A stretch of DNA of 24,000 nt, taken from assembly GCA_017577615.2 (NCBI GenBank), contig PKRE02000001.1, forward strand, positions 241,699 through 265,698, read 5' to 3'. Every line of letters begins with the position of its first letter. Within the stretch, counting starts at the first letter, position 1. Of this stretch, positions 16,272-24,000 are shown piece after piece. The stretch is from Gammaproteobacteria bacterium. Its GTDB lineage: Bacteria > Pseudomonadota > Gammaproteobacteria > Steroidobacterales > Steroidobacteraceae. Both the position numbers and the translations under genes were made by a program. The notes below the pieces were generated by a model. That model made no database searches and was not told where the DNA came from. It saw nothing but the letters and a program-made list of their open reading frames with translations.

Positions 16272-17912
16272 GTGCTCTACTCATGTGATCGCCCTAGCGC
16301 CACCGTGCCACTCGTTCAACGCGTCCTCTGCATCGTTCTTTTCTTCTGGTCTGCCGGTTTCGTCGCCTATTCCGACGATCGTGCCGCGCAGATCTTCACG
16401 CCTGCGCAGCTGTATGGAGAGCTGTTCGTTCAGGTGCAGATGCAAGGCGTCTTCACCGACAGTAAGACGTTCGTGGACGCCGTGCCCAAAGGCACGCCTG
16501 CACAGGTGCTCGAGGCTTATCGAGCGGCGCGCGAAGCGAGCGATTTCGATCTGCGGACGTTCGTGACGGCACACTTCGATGTGCCTGCAGTTGCGCCCAC
16601 AGAGTATCAGACCGTCCCGGGACAAGACGTACGCGTACATATAGATCGTCTCTGGGACGTGCTGACGCGCACGCCGGGCGCGCTGCCGCTCTACTCCTCG
16701 CGTTTGCCGCTACCGCAACGATATGTCGTGCCGGGAGGGCGATTCGCAGAGGTCTACTACTGGGATTCTTACTTCACGATGTTGGGCCTGGAGTGCAGCG
16801 GTCGGCACGATCTCACGACTGCCATGATCGACAACTTCGCGTATCTGATCGATCAGTACGGCCACATCCCCAACGGTAACCGCACCTACTACGTGAGTCG
16901 TTCGCAACCACCTTTTTTCGCTGCGATGGTGGATCTGGAGGCACGGCGCGAGGGCGATGCTACGTATCTGCGACGCTTGCCGCAGCTGCAGCGCGAGTAC
17001 GCGTTCTGGATGGCGGGAGCGGAGCGTCTGGAGCCGAATAGCGCCGCGCGTCGCGTGGTGAAGCTCGCAGGCGGCGAGATTCTGAACAGATATTGGGACG
17101 ATCGTGATACGCCTCGCGAGGAGTCTTATCGAGAGGACGTCGCAACGGCTCGCGCGTCGGGACGGCCAGCCGCGGAAGTTTATCGGCACTTACGCGCTGC
17201 GGCGGAGAGCGGCTGGGACTTCAGCTCACGCTGGTTCGCCGATGGTCGCACGCTCGCGACCATCCGTACTGTCGATATCGTGCCGATCGATTTGAACAGC
17301 TTGTTGTACCACCTCGAGCGCACCATCGCGCGAGCCTGTCGGGTCGCCGAGGATCTCGCATGCGAGCAGGACATGAATGCTCGTGCAGAGGCGCGCAGGC
17401 GAGCGATCGTGCTGTACTTATGGAGCGATGCCGAGGGCGCTTTCGTCGACTACGACTGGCGCGAGGGAAGGCGGATCGAGCGAGTGAGCGCCGCCACTGT
17501 CTACCCATTGTACTTCCGGGTTGCGGACGAGACGCAGGCACGCACAATTGCACGCACGCTGCGCGAGCGCTTGCTCGCGCCACATGGCCTCAGCACGACG
17601 ACAGTCGAAACGGGCGAACAGTGGGACGCGCCAAACGGGTGGGCACCGCTGCAGTGGCTGGCGATCGAAGGTCTGCGGCGCTACGGCGAGCACGCGCTCG
17701 CGGAGCGGATTGCACAACGCTGGGTCGCGAAGAACCTTGCCGTGTTCCGCGAAACCGGCAAGCTCGTCGAGAAGTACAACGTGTACGCGGCTGGTGGAGG
17801 GGGAGGAGGCGAGTACCCTTTGCAAGACGGTTTCGGCTGGACGAACGGAGTCTTGCGCAGGTTGTTGACCGACTATCCAAGGCTTGCGGAAGAGGCATCG
17901 TCCGCGGATTGA
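16272..17912 (+). CDS. treA: periplasmic alpha,alpha-trehalase (GH37)
   Basis: Motifs DSKTFVDAVPKG, PGGRFAEVYYWDSYFTMLGL, QPPFF, WDDRDTPREES, SGWDFSSRW, QWDAPNGWAPLQW and GGGGGGEYPLQDGFGWTNGV match E. coli TreA. A signal-like segment VLCIVLFFWSAGFVAYS is present. The start is uncertain: GTG 16272 or GTG 16305. Confidence 0.95.
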   Translation: MLYSCDRPSATVPLVQRVLCIVLFFWSAGFVAYSDDRAAQIFTPAQLYGELFVQVQMQGVFTDSKTFVDAVPKGTPAQVLEAYRAAREASDFDLRTFVTAHFDVPAVAPTEYQTVPGQDVRVHIDRLWDVLTRTPGALPLYSSRLPLPQRYVVPGGRFAEVYYWDSYFTMLGLECSGRHDLTTAMIDNFAYLIDQYGHIPNGNRTYYVSRSQPPFFAAMVDLEARREGDATYLRRLPQLQREYAFWMAGAERLEPNSAARRVVKLAGGEILNRYWDDRDTPREESYREDVATARASGRPAAEVYRHLRAAAESGWDFSSRWFADGRTLATIRTVDIVPIDLNSLLYHLERTIARACRVAEDLACEQDMNARAEARRRAIVLYLWSDAEGAFVDYDWREGRRIERVSAATVYPLYFRVADETQARTIARTLRERLLAPHGLSTTTVETGEQWDAPNGWAPLQWLAIEGLRRYGEHALAERIAQRWVAKNLAVFRETGKLVEKYNVYAAGGGGGGEYPLQDGFGWTNGVLRRLLTDYPRLAEEASSAD

Positions 17913-17914
17913 TG

Positions 17915-17946
17915 GGCTGCGCTGCTGGAGCGCACACTGCGCAGCC
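17915..17946. terminator. GC-rich hairpin in the 44-nt gap between convergent treA and the exonuclease gene (possible bidirectional terminator)
   Basis: GGCTGCGC (17915-17922) pairs with GCGCAGCC (17939-17946) around a 16-nt loop. There is no U-tract on either side. Confidence 0.3.
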
Positions 17947-17956
17947 ACGTTCAGTC

Positions 17957-18796
17957 TCAGGCACCGTTCACGCGCCGCCATGCGGCGTGCGCGCGCTCGA
18001 CGAGGCGCCGATCACCGAGCGTCGTTGCCACACTCGCAAACGTCTCGTGCGGTCCTTGCCAGCGCAGCTCCTCCACGTCGGCGAAGAGCTGCGCGTCGGT
18101 GCGCAGGGTGGCGAGCTGCTTGAACAGGTGTGCGAGCTGGCGATTCTCTTCGCTCAAGGCCGTCGTCGGAAATTGCTCGATCGGTCCGTGTGCGTTGAGC
18201 AGTCGTGCAGCACCGGCCTTGCCGATGCCTGCGATGCCCGGATAACCGTCGGCGGCGTCGCCGACGAGCGCGAGAAAATCCGGGATGAGCAGCGGATCGA
18301 CACCATATCTCTCGCGCACGCCGATCGCGTCTCGAATCACTTTCGTTCTGCGATCGACTTGCACGATCCGATCACCACGTACGCATTGGGCGAGGTCCTT
18401 GTCCGGGGTCCAGATGCTGACCTTGTGCACGCGTCCGTCGCGTCCGGCCAGGTACGCTGCCGACGCGAGCGCGTCGTCTGCTTCCAGCTCGATCATCGGC
18501 CATACGGCGATGCCCATTGCAGCGAGCGCGTTCTCGAGCGGTTCGAACTGTGCGAGCAGCGCTGGCTCGATGCCTTCGCCGGTCTTATAGCCGGGCCAGA
18601 GTCGGTTGCGAAACGACTCGATGACGTGATCCGTGGCAACGCCGATGTGCGTCGCTCCGGATTCGATCATCTCCAGCACACTGTTCAGAACGCCGATCAC
18701 GGCGCCGAAAGGTTTGTCTTTTCCCTTGTTGAAGCGACGTTGTCCGTAGAAGTGACGAAACAGCTCGTAGGTGCCGTCGATGAGATGGATGTGCAT
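17957..18796 (-). CDS. stand-alone 5'-3' exonuclease / flap endonuclease (Pol I N-terminal nuclease-like)
   Basis: 279 aa. MHIHLIDGTYELFRHFYG, ELEADDALAS and the H3TH segment FLALVGDAADGYPGIAGIGKAGAARLL are typical of the 5' nuclease family. Confidence 0.9.
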   Translation of the reverse strand: MHIHLIDGTYELFRHFYGQRRFNKGKDKPFGAVIGVLNSVLEMIESGATHIGVATDHVIESFRNRLWPGYKTGEGIEPALLAQFEPLENALAAMGIAVWPMIELEADDALASAAYLAGRDGRVHKVSIWTPDKDLAQCVRGDRIVQVDRRTKVIRDAIGVRERYGVDPLLIPDFLALVGDAADGYPGIAGIGKAGAARLLNAHGPIEQFPTTALSEENRQLAHLFKQLATLRTDAQLFADVEELRWQGPHETFASVATTLGDRRLVERAHAAWRRVNGA

Positions 18797-18799
18797 TTA

Positions 18800-18874
18800 G
18801 GCTGTAGGCTAGGCTGTGGGTTGTAGGCAGCGGTCTGAAGCACACTTACAGCCTACAGTCTACAACCTACAGTC
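18800..18874. repeat. inverted pair of tandem heptad arrays (GGYTGTR x4 on the left; TACAGCC TACAGTC TACAACC TACAGTC on the right)
   Basis: The right arm (18847-18874) is four exact-length heptads. The left arm (18800-18832) is the reverse-complement motif. 18812-18828 can pair with 18858-18874 (14 Watson-Crick matches of 17). The element fills the spacer between the stop of the 777-aa gene (18860-18862) and the exonuclease ATG (18796). Confidence 0.7.
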
Positions 18875-21193
18875 CACGCCCTCGATCCACCGCGTAATCA
18901 GCGCCACGCCCAGTGCATCGCTTTGATTCGAGCCGAGCGGCGGCATCGCATGCTGATCACGACGGCTCATGCGCTGCAGGATGAGTGACGCGGCAGGATT
19001 GCCCGGCGCGAGCAAGCGGGCGTTCTCAATGCCGAGTGTGCCGGCGCTCGGGGGCACGTCGCACGTATTCGTGTCGGCCAGCGTAGTGCTGTACCGCAAG
19101 TCCATGTTGCTCGGTGTCGGCCCGCCAGGGCGGTGACACTGGGCGCAGTTCGTATGCAGGTACGCACGCGCACGCGCCTCAAGCGGCGCATCGTCATCGA
19201 ATGGATCGGGCATTGCCGCCAACGTGGCGACATTGCCCGGCGGTGTGTCGAATATTCCTATGTGATCGAGCGTGACGAGCTGATTTGCCGTGCGTCCCGT
19301 TTGCGGATAGGTCAGCTCGCGGTTGAGTTGCACCGTCTCCAGACCGAGCGTGCGACTTGCTGCAGCCGTGTGACAGGTGAGACAGTCGGCCTCGCTCGGA
19401 AAAATCCAGGTCTGGCCCTCGCCGACGGCACGTCGTGCGCCGCTGCGTATGAGCGTGGCATCGCTCTGCGCGGCATCCCACTCGTAGGTATAGCCGCCCC
19501 AGCTGCCGTCGGGATGGCGCATCAGCAGGCGCGTCTCGATCAAGCGTTCACCGAGACGAAAGCTCTTCACGATGACCGATCCGATTGGCAATTGCCAATG
19601 ACCATCCGGCTCGATCGTGATACGAGAGCCGTTCGGCAATGCGAGCCAGCGTTCCTTAGTGGCGCCGTCGGACCAGAACGGTGCATTGACCGCATAAGGG
19701 ATCAGCCCGGCGGCGGTCTGAGTCGGCAGCTGCGGATCGACACAACCCGTTTCGCTGAGCCGTGTCGGAATCGTTCCTGAATCTTGCTCGCTGCCGAACA
19801 CGATGCGATGCAGGCTGCCTTCATCGCCGTAGTGCACGATGTACAGCTCGCCGTCGTTGCCTTCGGCGAACGATACGATGTTCAGATCGGTTGTCAGCAG
19901 TGGAGTTGGCTCGCGAGGCGCGGGCGCTTCTGTATCCATCCAGGCGAACAACTCGCCATAGACGAAGTCGCCGAACAAGTATCGTCCCCGCAGTGCGGTC
20001 GGCTGATGCCCACGATAAACGTAACCACCCGTGACCGAGCGGCCGACAGCATGCGAGTATTCCACGATGGGTTCCTCGAATGTCGCGGTGGAGCAGCCTG
20101 GCGTGTCAGGTGCGTAGGGGTGCGTGCCTTCGCGACAGCGCCAGCCGTAGTTCAAACCTGGTCTGACGATGTTCACCTCTTCCCAGCGCGCTTGGCCGAC
20201 GTCTCCCAGCCACAATGTGCCGTCCTCGCGATCGAAGCTCCAGCGCCAAGGATTGCGAAAGCCGTATGCATATATCTCCGGACAGGCGCCCTCGTCGCGA
20301 CCTGCAGGCGGACAGTGTTCGTTACCGGCGAACGGGTTGGTGGGTGGAATCGCATAGGGCTGCGCTGAATCGACATCCAGCCGGAGTATCTTGCCCAGCA
20401 AGGTCGTCAGTCTCTGACCGTTGCCCGTGGGGCCATGCTCATCCCCTGCGCCGCCCCCGTCACCGACGCCGATGTACAGATAGCCATCCGGCCCGAACGC
20501 AAGGTGTCCACCGTTGTGATTGCTGGTTGGCTTCTCGATTGTCAGCACGACGCGTTCCGTGGCTGGATCGAGGGTCTGCCCACCGTCAGTCGTCTCGATC
20601 GAGCTGATTCGCAGTAGCCACGGATTGCCGCCGGCGTTGTACTTGAAGAAGACGCGCGGATCTTCGGGATAACGCGGATGAAAGGCCATCCCGAGCAAAC
20701 CAGCCTCGAATCCTTGCGTGACCACATTGCGCAGGTCGACGAACACGGAGCTCGTGCTCGGACTGGATCCCACGAACTTGCGCACGACGCCCTCGAGCAA
20801 CACCACGTACCAAGTCTCGTCGTCATGAGGTGCCTGCACCATGTTGACGGGTTCTGGGAAAGTGAGGTTCGTGAAGCGCTCGACGCGCACTTCTTGGCTG
20901 CCAACCGGTTTCTCCCATGCCAAACAACTGTCGTTCGGCGGTCGTGTGTCGAGACCCGATAGCGGCGGCGCAGGAGAGGGCGGTGTGTCGGGATCGCCCG
21001 GGTCGGGAAGTGGCGGTTGTGGCGGCGCGGGATCAGAGGGCGGCGGTTGCGGCGCATCGGGCGCTGGAGGTGGTGTGCCGGCGGATGGTGGTGGCGCACT
21101 GCCGCTTCCACTGCTGCCGCAGGCACTTGCGAGCGCAACCATCAATGCGATGCCGCAACGCGCGAGCGCCACGCGCCCTCGTTCGTGGTTCAT
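18860..21193 (-). CDS. lipoprotein: PQQ-dependent sugar (glucose/sorbosone) dehydrogenase-like beta-propeller fused to a C-terminal domain with two CXXCH haem motifs
   Basis: I chose the start at ATG 21193, with AGGGAG 6 nt upstream. MNHERGRVALARCGIALMVALASAC is a lipobox, followed by a roughly 50-aa Pro-rich linker (20957-21103). sGDH-family motifs are present: GLLGMAFHP, HNGGHLAFGPDGYLYIGVGDGG, GKILRLD, YAYGFRNPWRWSFD, DVGQARWEEVN, NYGW. The C-terminal third contains CLTCH (19370-19384) and CAQCH (19133-19147). Confidence 0.85.
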   Translation of the reverse strand: MNHERGRVALARCGIALMVALASACGSSGSGSAPPPSAGTPPPAPDAPQPPPSDPAPPQPPLPDPGDPDTPPSPAPPLSGLDTRPPNDSCLAWEKPVGSQEVRVERFTNLTFPEPVNMVQAPHDDETWYVVLLEGVVRKFVGSSPSTSSVFVDLRNVVTQGFEAGLLGMAFHPRYPEDPRVFFKYNAGGNPWLLRISSIETTDGGQTLDPATERVVLTIEKPTSNHNGGHLAFGPDGYLYIGVGDGGGAGDEHGPTGNGQRLTTLLGKILRLDVDSAQPYAIPPTNPFAGNEHCPPAGRDEGACPEIYAYGFRNPWRWSFDREDGTLWLGDVGQARWEEVNIVRPGLNYGWRCREGTHPYAPDTPGCSTATFEEPIVEYSHAVGRSVTGGYVYRGHQPTALRGRYLFGDFVYGELFAWMDTEAPAPREPTPLLTTDLNIVSFAEGNDGELYIVHYGDEGSLHRIVFGSEQDSGTIPTRLSETGCVDPQLPTQTAAGLIPYAVNAPFWSDGATKERWLALPNGSRITIEPDGHWQLPIGSVIVKSFRLGERLIETRLLMRHPDGSWGGYTYEWDAAQSDATLIRSGARRAVGEGQTWIFPSEADCLTCHTAAASRTLGLETVQLNRELTYPQTGRTANQLVTLDHIGIFDTPPGNVATLAAMPDPFDDDAPLEARARAYLHTNCAQCHRPGGPTPSNMDLRYSTTLADTNTCDVPPSAGTLGIENARLLAPGNPAASLILQRMSRRDQHAMPPLGSNQSDALGVALITRWIEGVDCRL

Positions 21194-21399
21194 GGAGCGC
21201 TCCCTAGCTAATGAGCCAGCAACGCTGGAAGCGCGCACGAAGATCCAACTGCGGAGCTGGACGTCAGCTCGTCTGTCGATAGGGTTGTCTACCCCAATGC
21301 CGGCGACTGTCTCGTCGTGGGCTTTTCAGTCGCGAGCACCATGCAAGTCTGAACACAGCACCGTTGCTTGGGCCTCCAGCACAGGTCCCCGTGCCGCGT

Positions 21400-24000
21400 T
21401 CACTCTCCACTCGTGGCTCGAGCGCGATCTTCCAGCTGCGTCCGGTCGACGGTGAGCACTCGCAAGTAGGCCAGCAGGTCGCGCAACTCGGAACGACTCA
21501 GCACGTCTTTGTAGATATCGGGCATGCTGGAGGGCGCAGCTTGACGCTCGGCGATCCGACTGACGTCGATCCTTGCGTCGCTCCCGTCGGCTCGCCGCAC
21601 GACGATCTCGTGTTCAGTCTCTGACACAAGCGTGCCGCTCTCGTAGGAGCCGTCCTGCAACTTCAATGTCACCAGGTGAAAACCCTCCGCGATGCGCGCG
21701 TTCGGCGCGACGATGGATTCGAGCAGGTATTCTGGGGATCTTTGCGCACCGATCAGCGTCAGGTCGGGGCCGGCCTCGCCGCCGTCACCATTGACGCGAT
21801 GGCAGCGAATGCAGGCGAGCACGGGGTGCCGCTGAAAGATGTGCGCGCCGCGCACGACGTTGCCGGTGCCGAGCGCGCTTCGATAGGGAGCGAGCGGATC
21901 GCCGCTCGCCGACCACTGCGCCTGGATTGCATTCCAGCGCGTTCGCACCAGCGGATCGTCGCTTCTCTCCGCTGCGTCGAGCAATTCCACTTGTGCATCG
22001 AGGTGAATCTTACCGGCAGCGAGCCGCTCGAGCCCGAGCGCGAGCAAACGCGGTGCCTCGGGCTCGTTCAGTTCGGCAAGCGCGCTGAACGCAGCCTTCT
22101 GCTCCGCTGCAGTGCCGTTCATGACCAGCTGACGGACGATGGGTAACGCACGCTGCGGCGCCTTGCGCGCAAGAATCTGCAGCGCGGCGAGCCGCAGCAT
22201 CGGTTCGTTCGAGCGTTGCGCAGCGTCGATGCCCCGCTCGACCGCGGCATCGTCGAAGGCATCGAGCACCTCGAGCGCGCGCGCACGCACGCTGCCGTGT
22301 GCTTGCTCGTTCGCGACGACGGCAACGAGGAGCGTCGACGCATCGCGCAGCTGTAGCTTGCTGACCGCCTCGATTGCTGCAAGCTGGACTGCTGGCGGCG
22401 TCTTGTCGAGGAGCCTCGGCAACACCGCAGCCAGCGCTTCGCGCGCCGTCGCAGGATCGCGCGCGGGGAGCGGTCGATACACCCCGACGATGCGATCGCG
22501 TTGCGGTACCTCGGACCATAAGCCGAGCTGCGTGATCGCTTCGGCTCTCATGTCGGGGCTCGCATCGTGACGTGCTGCGAATTGCGCAAGCGCACGTGCA
22601 TGGCGAGGTTGTCCGAGGCGAAAGTTTGCATTGATCGCACGCAGCACGAACGCCTCGTCCGCTGATGTTGCTGCTGCCAGCTTCGTCGCCAAAGCGTCAT
22701 AAGCGCCTTCGATCGGGACGTCGTTGATCGCGATGGCCGCCTCGCGAACGATGTAGTCATCGCCGTCATCCAGGAACTGAGCAATGGCTGCATCGCCGAG
22801 CCCACGATAAGCCAGTAAGACACCGAGACGCACGGCAGCGGAGGGATCCTTTGCAGCCGCTTCGAGCACGGGTGTCTTGCCGATGCGCATCAAAGCGTGT
22901 ACGGCCGCATGACGCAGATAGACATCTCGGTTGTCGTTGCGACGCAAGAGCGCGAGCAGCGCGCCGGTTGCTTCCGATCGACCGAGCTTGCCCAGACTTT
23001 GTGCCGCGAAGAACTGTACTCGCGGCGCCGCATCGTCGAGCTTACGCACGAGCGCCGCGTAAGCGACGCTCGTGCGCAAATCGCCGAGCCCCTTCGCGGC
23101 TTGCGCACGCACCTCCGGATCAGGATCGTCGAGCAGTGTAAGCAGGGTCGCAGCCGGCTGCTTGTGCTCACGCCCGAGCTGCGTCAGGCCCCAGATCGCA
23201 TGCAAGCGCGCAAGCGGCGCGGCGACGACGCTCGTTGCCACGTCCGTCAGCACGGGGATGCTGCTCTTGCCGCGCTCTACCAGCGTGAACTGGGCTTCGA
23301 GCCGTGCACGCCGATCGGGGTGTGCGAGCAGCCTGCGCAGCGTCGTCGTGTCAGCACGTTCGAGGCCTTGTGCCAGCAGCAGCGCAAGCTCCTCGCTGAG
23401 GGCTTTCTGCGTCGGGTCCGGGTCGACAGCGCTGATCTTGTAAATCCGTCCGCGCCGCGACTTCGGCCAGCCTTCCACCCAATCCGAGACATACATCGCG
23501 CCATCGGGTCCGAACGTGACATCGGTGGCGAGCAGGCCGCCCATGAACTGCGAGCTGCTCGTGACCGCAAAGCCCGCGCCTTGCTGCTTCAAGGTGTAGC
23601 TTTGGATGCCGCTGCGCGCGATCGTGCCCTTGAAGTGCGCGATGAAGAAGTGACCGCGGTACTCTGGCGAGAGGCCGCTGCCAGGATAGTAGGTCATGCC
23701 TGAGGGGCCGTCCTCGATGTTCGCGATCGGCGGCAGGAAGTACGCTGGCTGACCTTCGAAGCGCGGTTTCCACAGGCCTTCCCGCAGCCACGGATTGTTC
23801 TTACCGAGCGGCGGGTGCTGGTAGCCGACGCGCCAGCCGCTGTCTCCGCCTTCGACGAGATATACAAGGCGCTCGAGGTCGCCGGCATCCGCGTCGTTGT
23901 CGCCCGTGAACAGATTGCCATGCTCGTCGAAGACGAGCTCCTGTGGGTTGCGCAGACCGCGAGCGAACAGCTCGAGCTCCGTGCCGTCCGGATTTGAGCG
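21400..24000 (-). CDS. PVC-type putative dehydrogenase (beta-propeller) - HEAT repeat - C-terminal cytochrome c domain protein; 5' end outside the window
   Basis: I translated the frame upstream of the track Met (23697). It stays open to nt 24000 (…RGLRNPQELVFDEHGNLFTGDNDADAGDLERLVYLVEGGDSGWRVGYQ…GPSGMTYYPGSG…). The middle has many HEAT-like repeats (DPDPEVRAQAAKGLG, AAVRLGVLLAY...). The C-terminal haem-binding domain has CIRCH at 21799-21813, followed by GPDLTLIG...LLESIV.P. Confidence 0.85.
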   Translation of the reverse strand, partial: RSNPDGTELELFARGLRNPQELVFDEHGNLFTGDNDADAGDLERLVYLVEGGDSGWRVGYQHPPLGKNNPWLREGLWKPRFEGQPAYFLPPIANIEDGPSGMTYYPGSGLSPEYRGHFFIAHFKGTIARSGIQSYTLKQQGAGFAVTSSSQFMGGLLATDVTFGPDGAMYVSDWVEGWPKSRRGRIYKISAVDPDPTQKALSEELALLLAQGLERADTTTLRRLLAHPDRRARLEAQFTLVERGKSSIPVLTDVATSVVAAPLARLHAIWGLTQLGREHKQPAATLLTLLDDPDPEVRAQAAKGLGDLRTSVAYAALVRKLDDAAPRVQFFAAQSLGKLGRSEATGALLALLRRNDNRDVYLRHAAVHALMRIGKTPVLEAAAKDPSAAVRLGVLLAYRGLGDAAIAQFLDDGDDYIVREAAIAINDVPIEGAYDALATKLAAATSADEAFVLRAINANFRLGQPRHARALAQFAARHDASPDMRAEAITQLGLWSEVPQRDRIVGVYRPLPARDPATAREALAAVLPRLLDKTPPAVQLAAIEAVSKLQLRDASTLLVAVVANEQAHGSVRARALEVLDAFDDAAVERGIDAAQRSNEPMLRLAALQILARKAPQRALPIVRQLVMNGTAAEQKAAFSALAELNEPEAPRLLALGLERLAAGKIHLDAQVELLDAAERSDDPLVRTRWNAIQAQWSASGDPLAPYRSALGTGNVVRGAHIFQRHPVLACIRCHRVNGDGGEAGPDLTLIGAQRSPEYLLESIVAPNARIAEGFHLVTLKLQDGSYESGTLVSETEHEIVVRRADGSDARIDVSRIAERQAAPSSMPDIYKDVLSRSELRDLLAYLRVLTVDRTQLEDRARATSGE

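Noticed and set aside
17360-18826. 488-aa + strand ORF, the longest unexplained ORF in the track
   Set aside because: It runs out of frame through the 3' end of treA and then antisense to the whole exonuclease gene. The translation is Arg/Ala/Gly-rich with no motif. This is a typical shadow ORF in GC-rich DNA opposite a well-supported gene.
21254-21270. 6-bp hairpin GAGCTG-GACGT-CAGCTC between the two dehydrogenase genes
   Set aside because: The stem is short, has no U-tract on the minus strand, and is of a size expected by chance.
1-24000. Search for tRNA/rRNA, CRISPR arrays, IS/transposase, integrase, toxin-antitoxin or known defence-system genes
   Set aside because: I found no T-loop or anticodon-arm-like structures, no regularly spaced direct repeats beyond the heptad element, and no transposase, integrase or nuclease-ATPase signatures in any frame. 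The window looks like core metabolic and respiratory chromosome.

Overview
GC-rich chromosomal window, probably from a Gram-negative (likely proteobacterial) genome. I call 20 protein-coding genes and found no rRNA, tRNA, IS element, prophage or CRISPR array by eye. Left third, minus strand: aldo/keto reductase, an orphan secreted and membrane-anchored protein, a GH43 beta-xylosidase and a Cys-rich lipoprotein, all divergent from a DeoR regulator. A small PGPGW-like membrane protein and a GFA-family protein follow. Middle: five plus-strand genes joined by start/stop overlaps encode a caa3-like haem-copper oxidase (dihaem cytochrome c, monohaem cytochrome c, subunit II-cytochrome c fusion, subunit I+III fusion, small membrane protein), followed by a separate azurin gene with its own hairpin terminator. 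Right: otsB-otsA divergent from periplasmic trehalase treA, a stand-alone 5'-3' exonuclease, and two large beta-propeller dehydrogenase-cytochrome c fusion proteins, the second running off the window. Main points for follow-up: (1) oxidase subunit I keeps all metal ligands but, by eye alignment, is substituted at the textbook D-channel and K-channel residues (NNTYIG, HPDVY, PTGIQ); (2) the oxidase operon has four c-haem motifs and lies near azurin and two uncharacterised dehydrogenase-cytochrome fusions; (3) a TACAGYC heptad repeat occurs at two intergenic junctions, once as an inverted pair abutting a start codon; (4) an orphan 441-aa protein whose TAG stop is followed by 75 further in-frame sense codons. 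All family calls come from motif recognition in the translations; no database search was possible.
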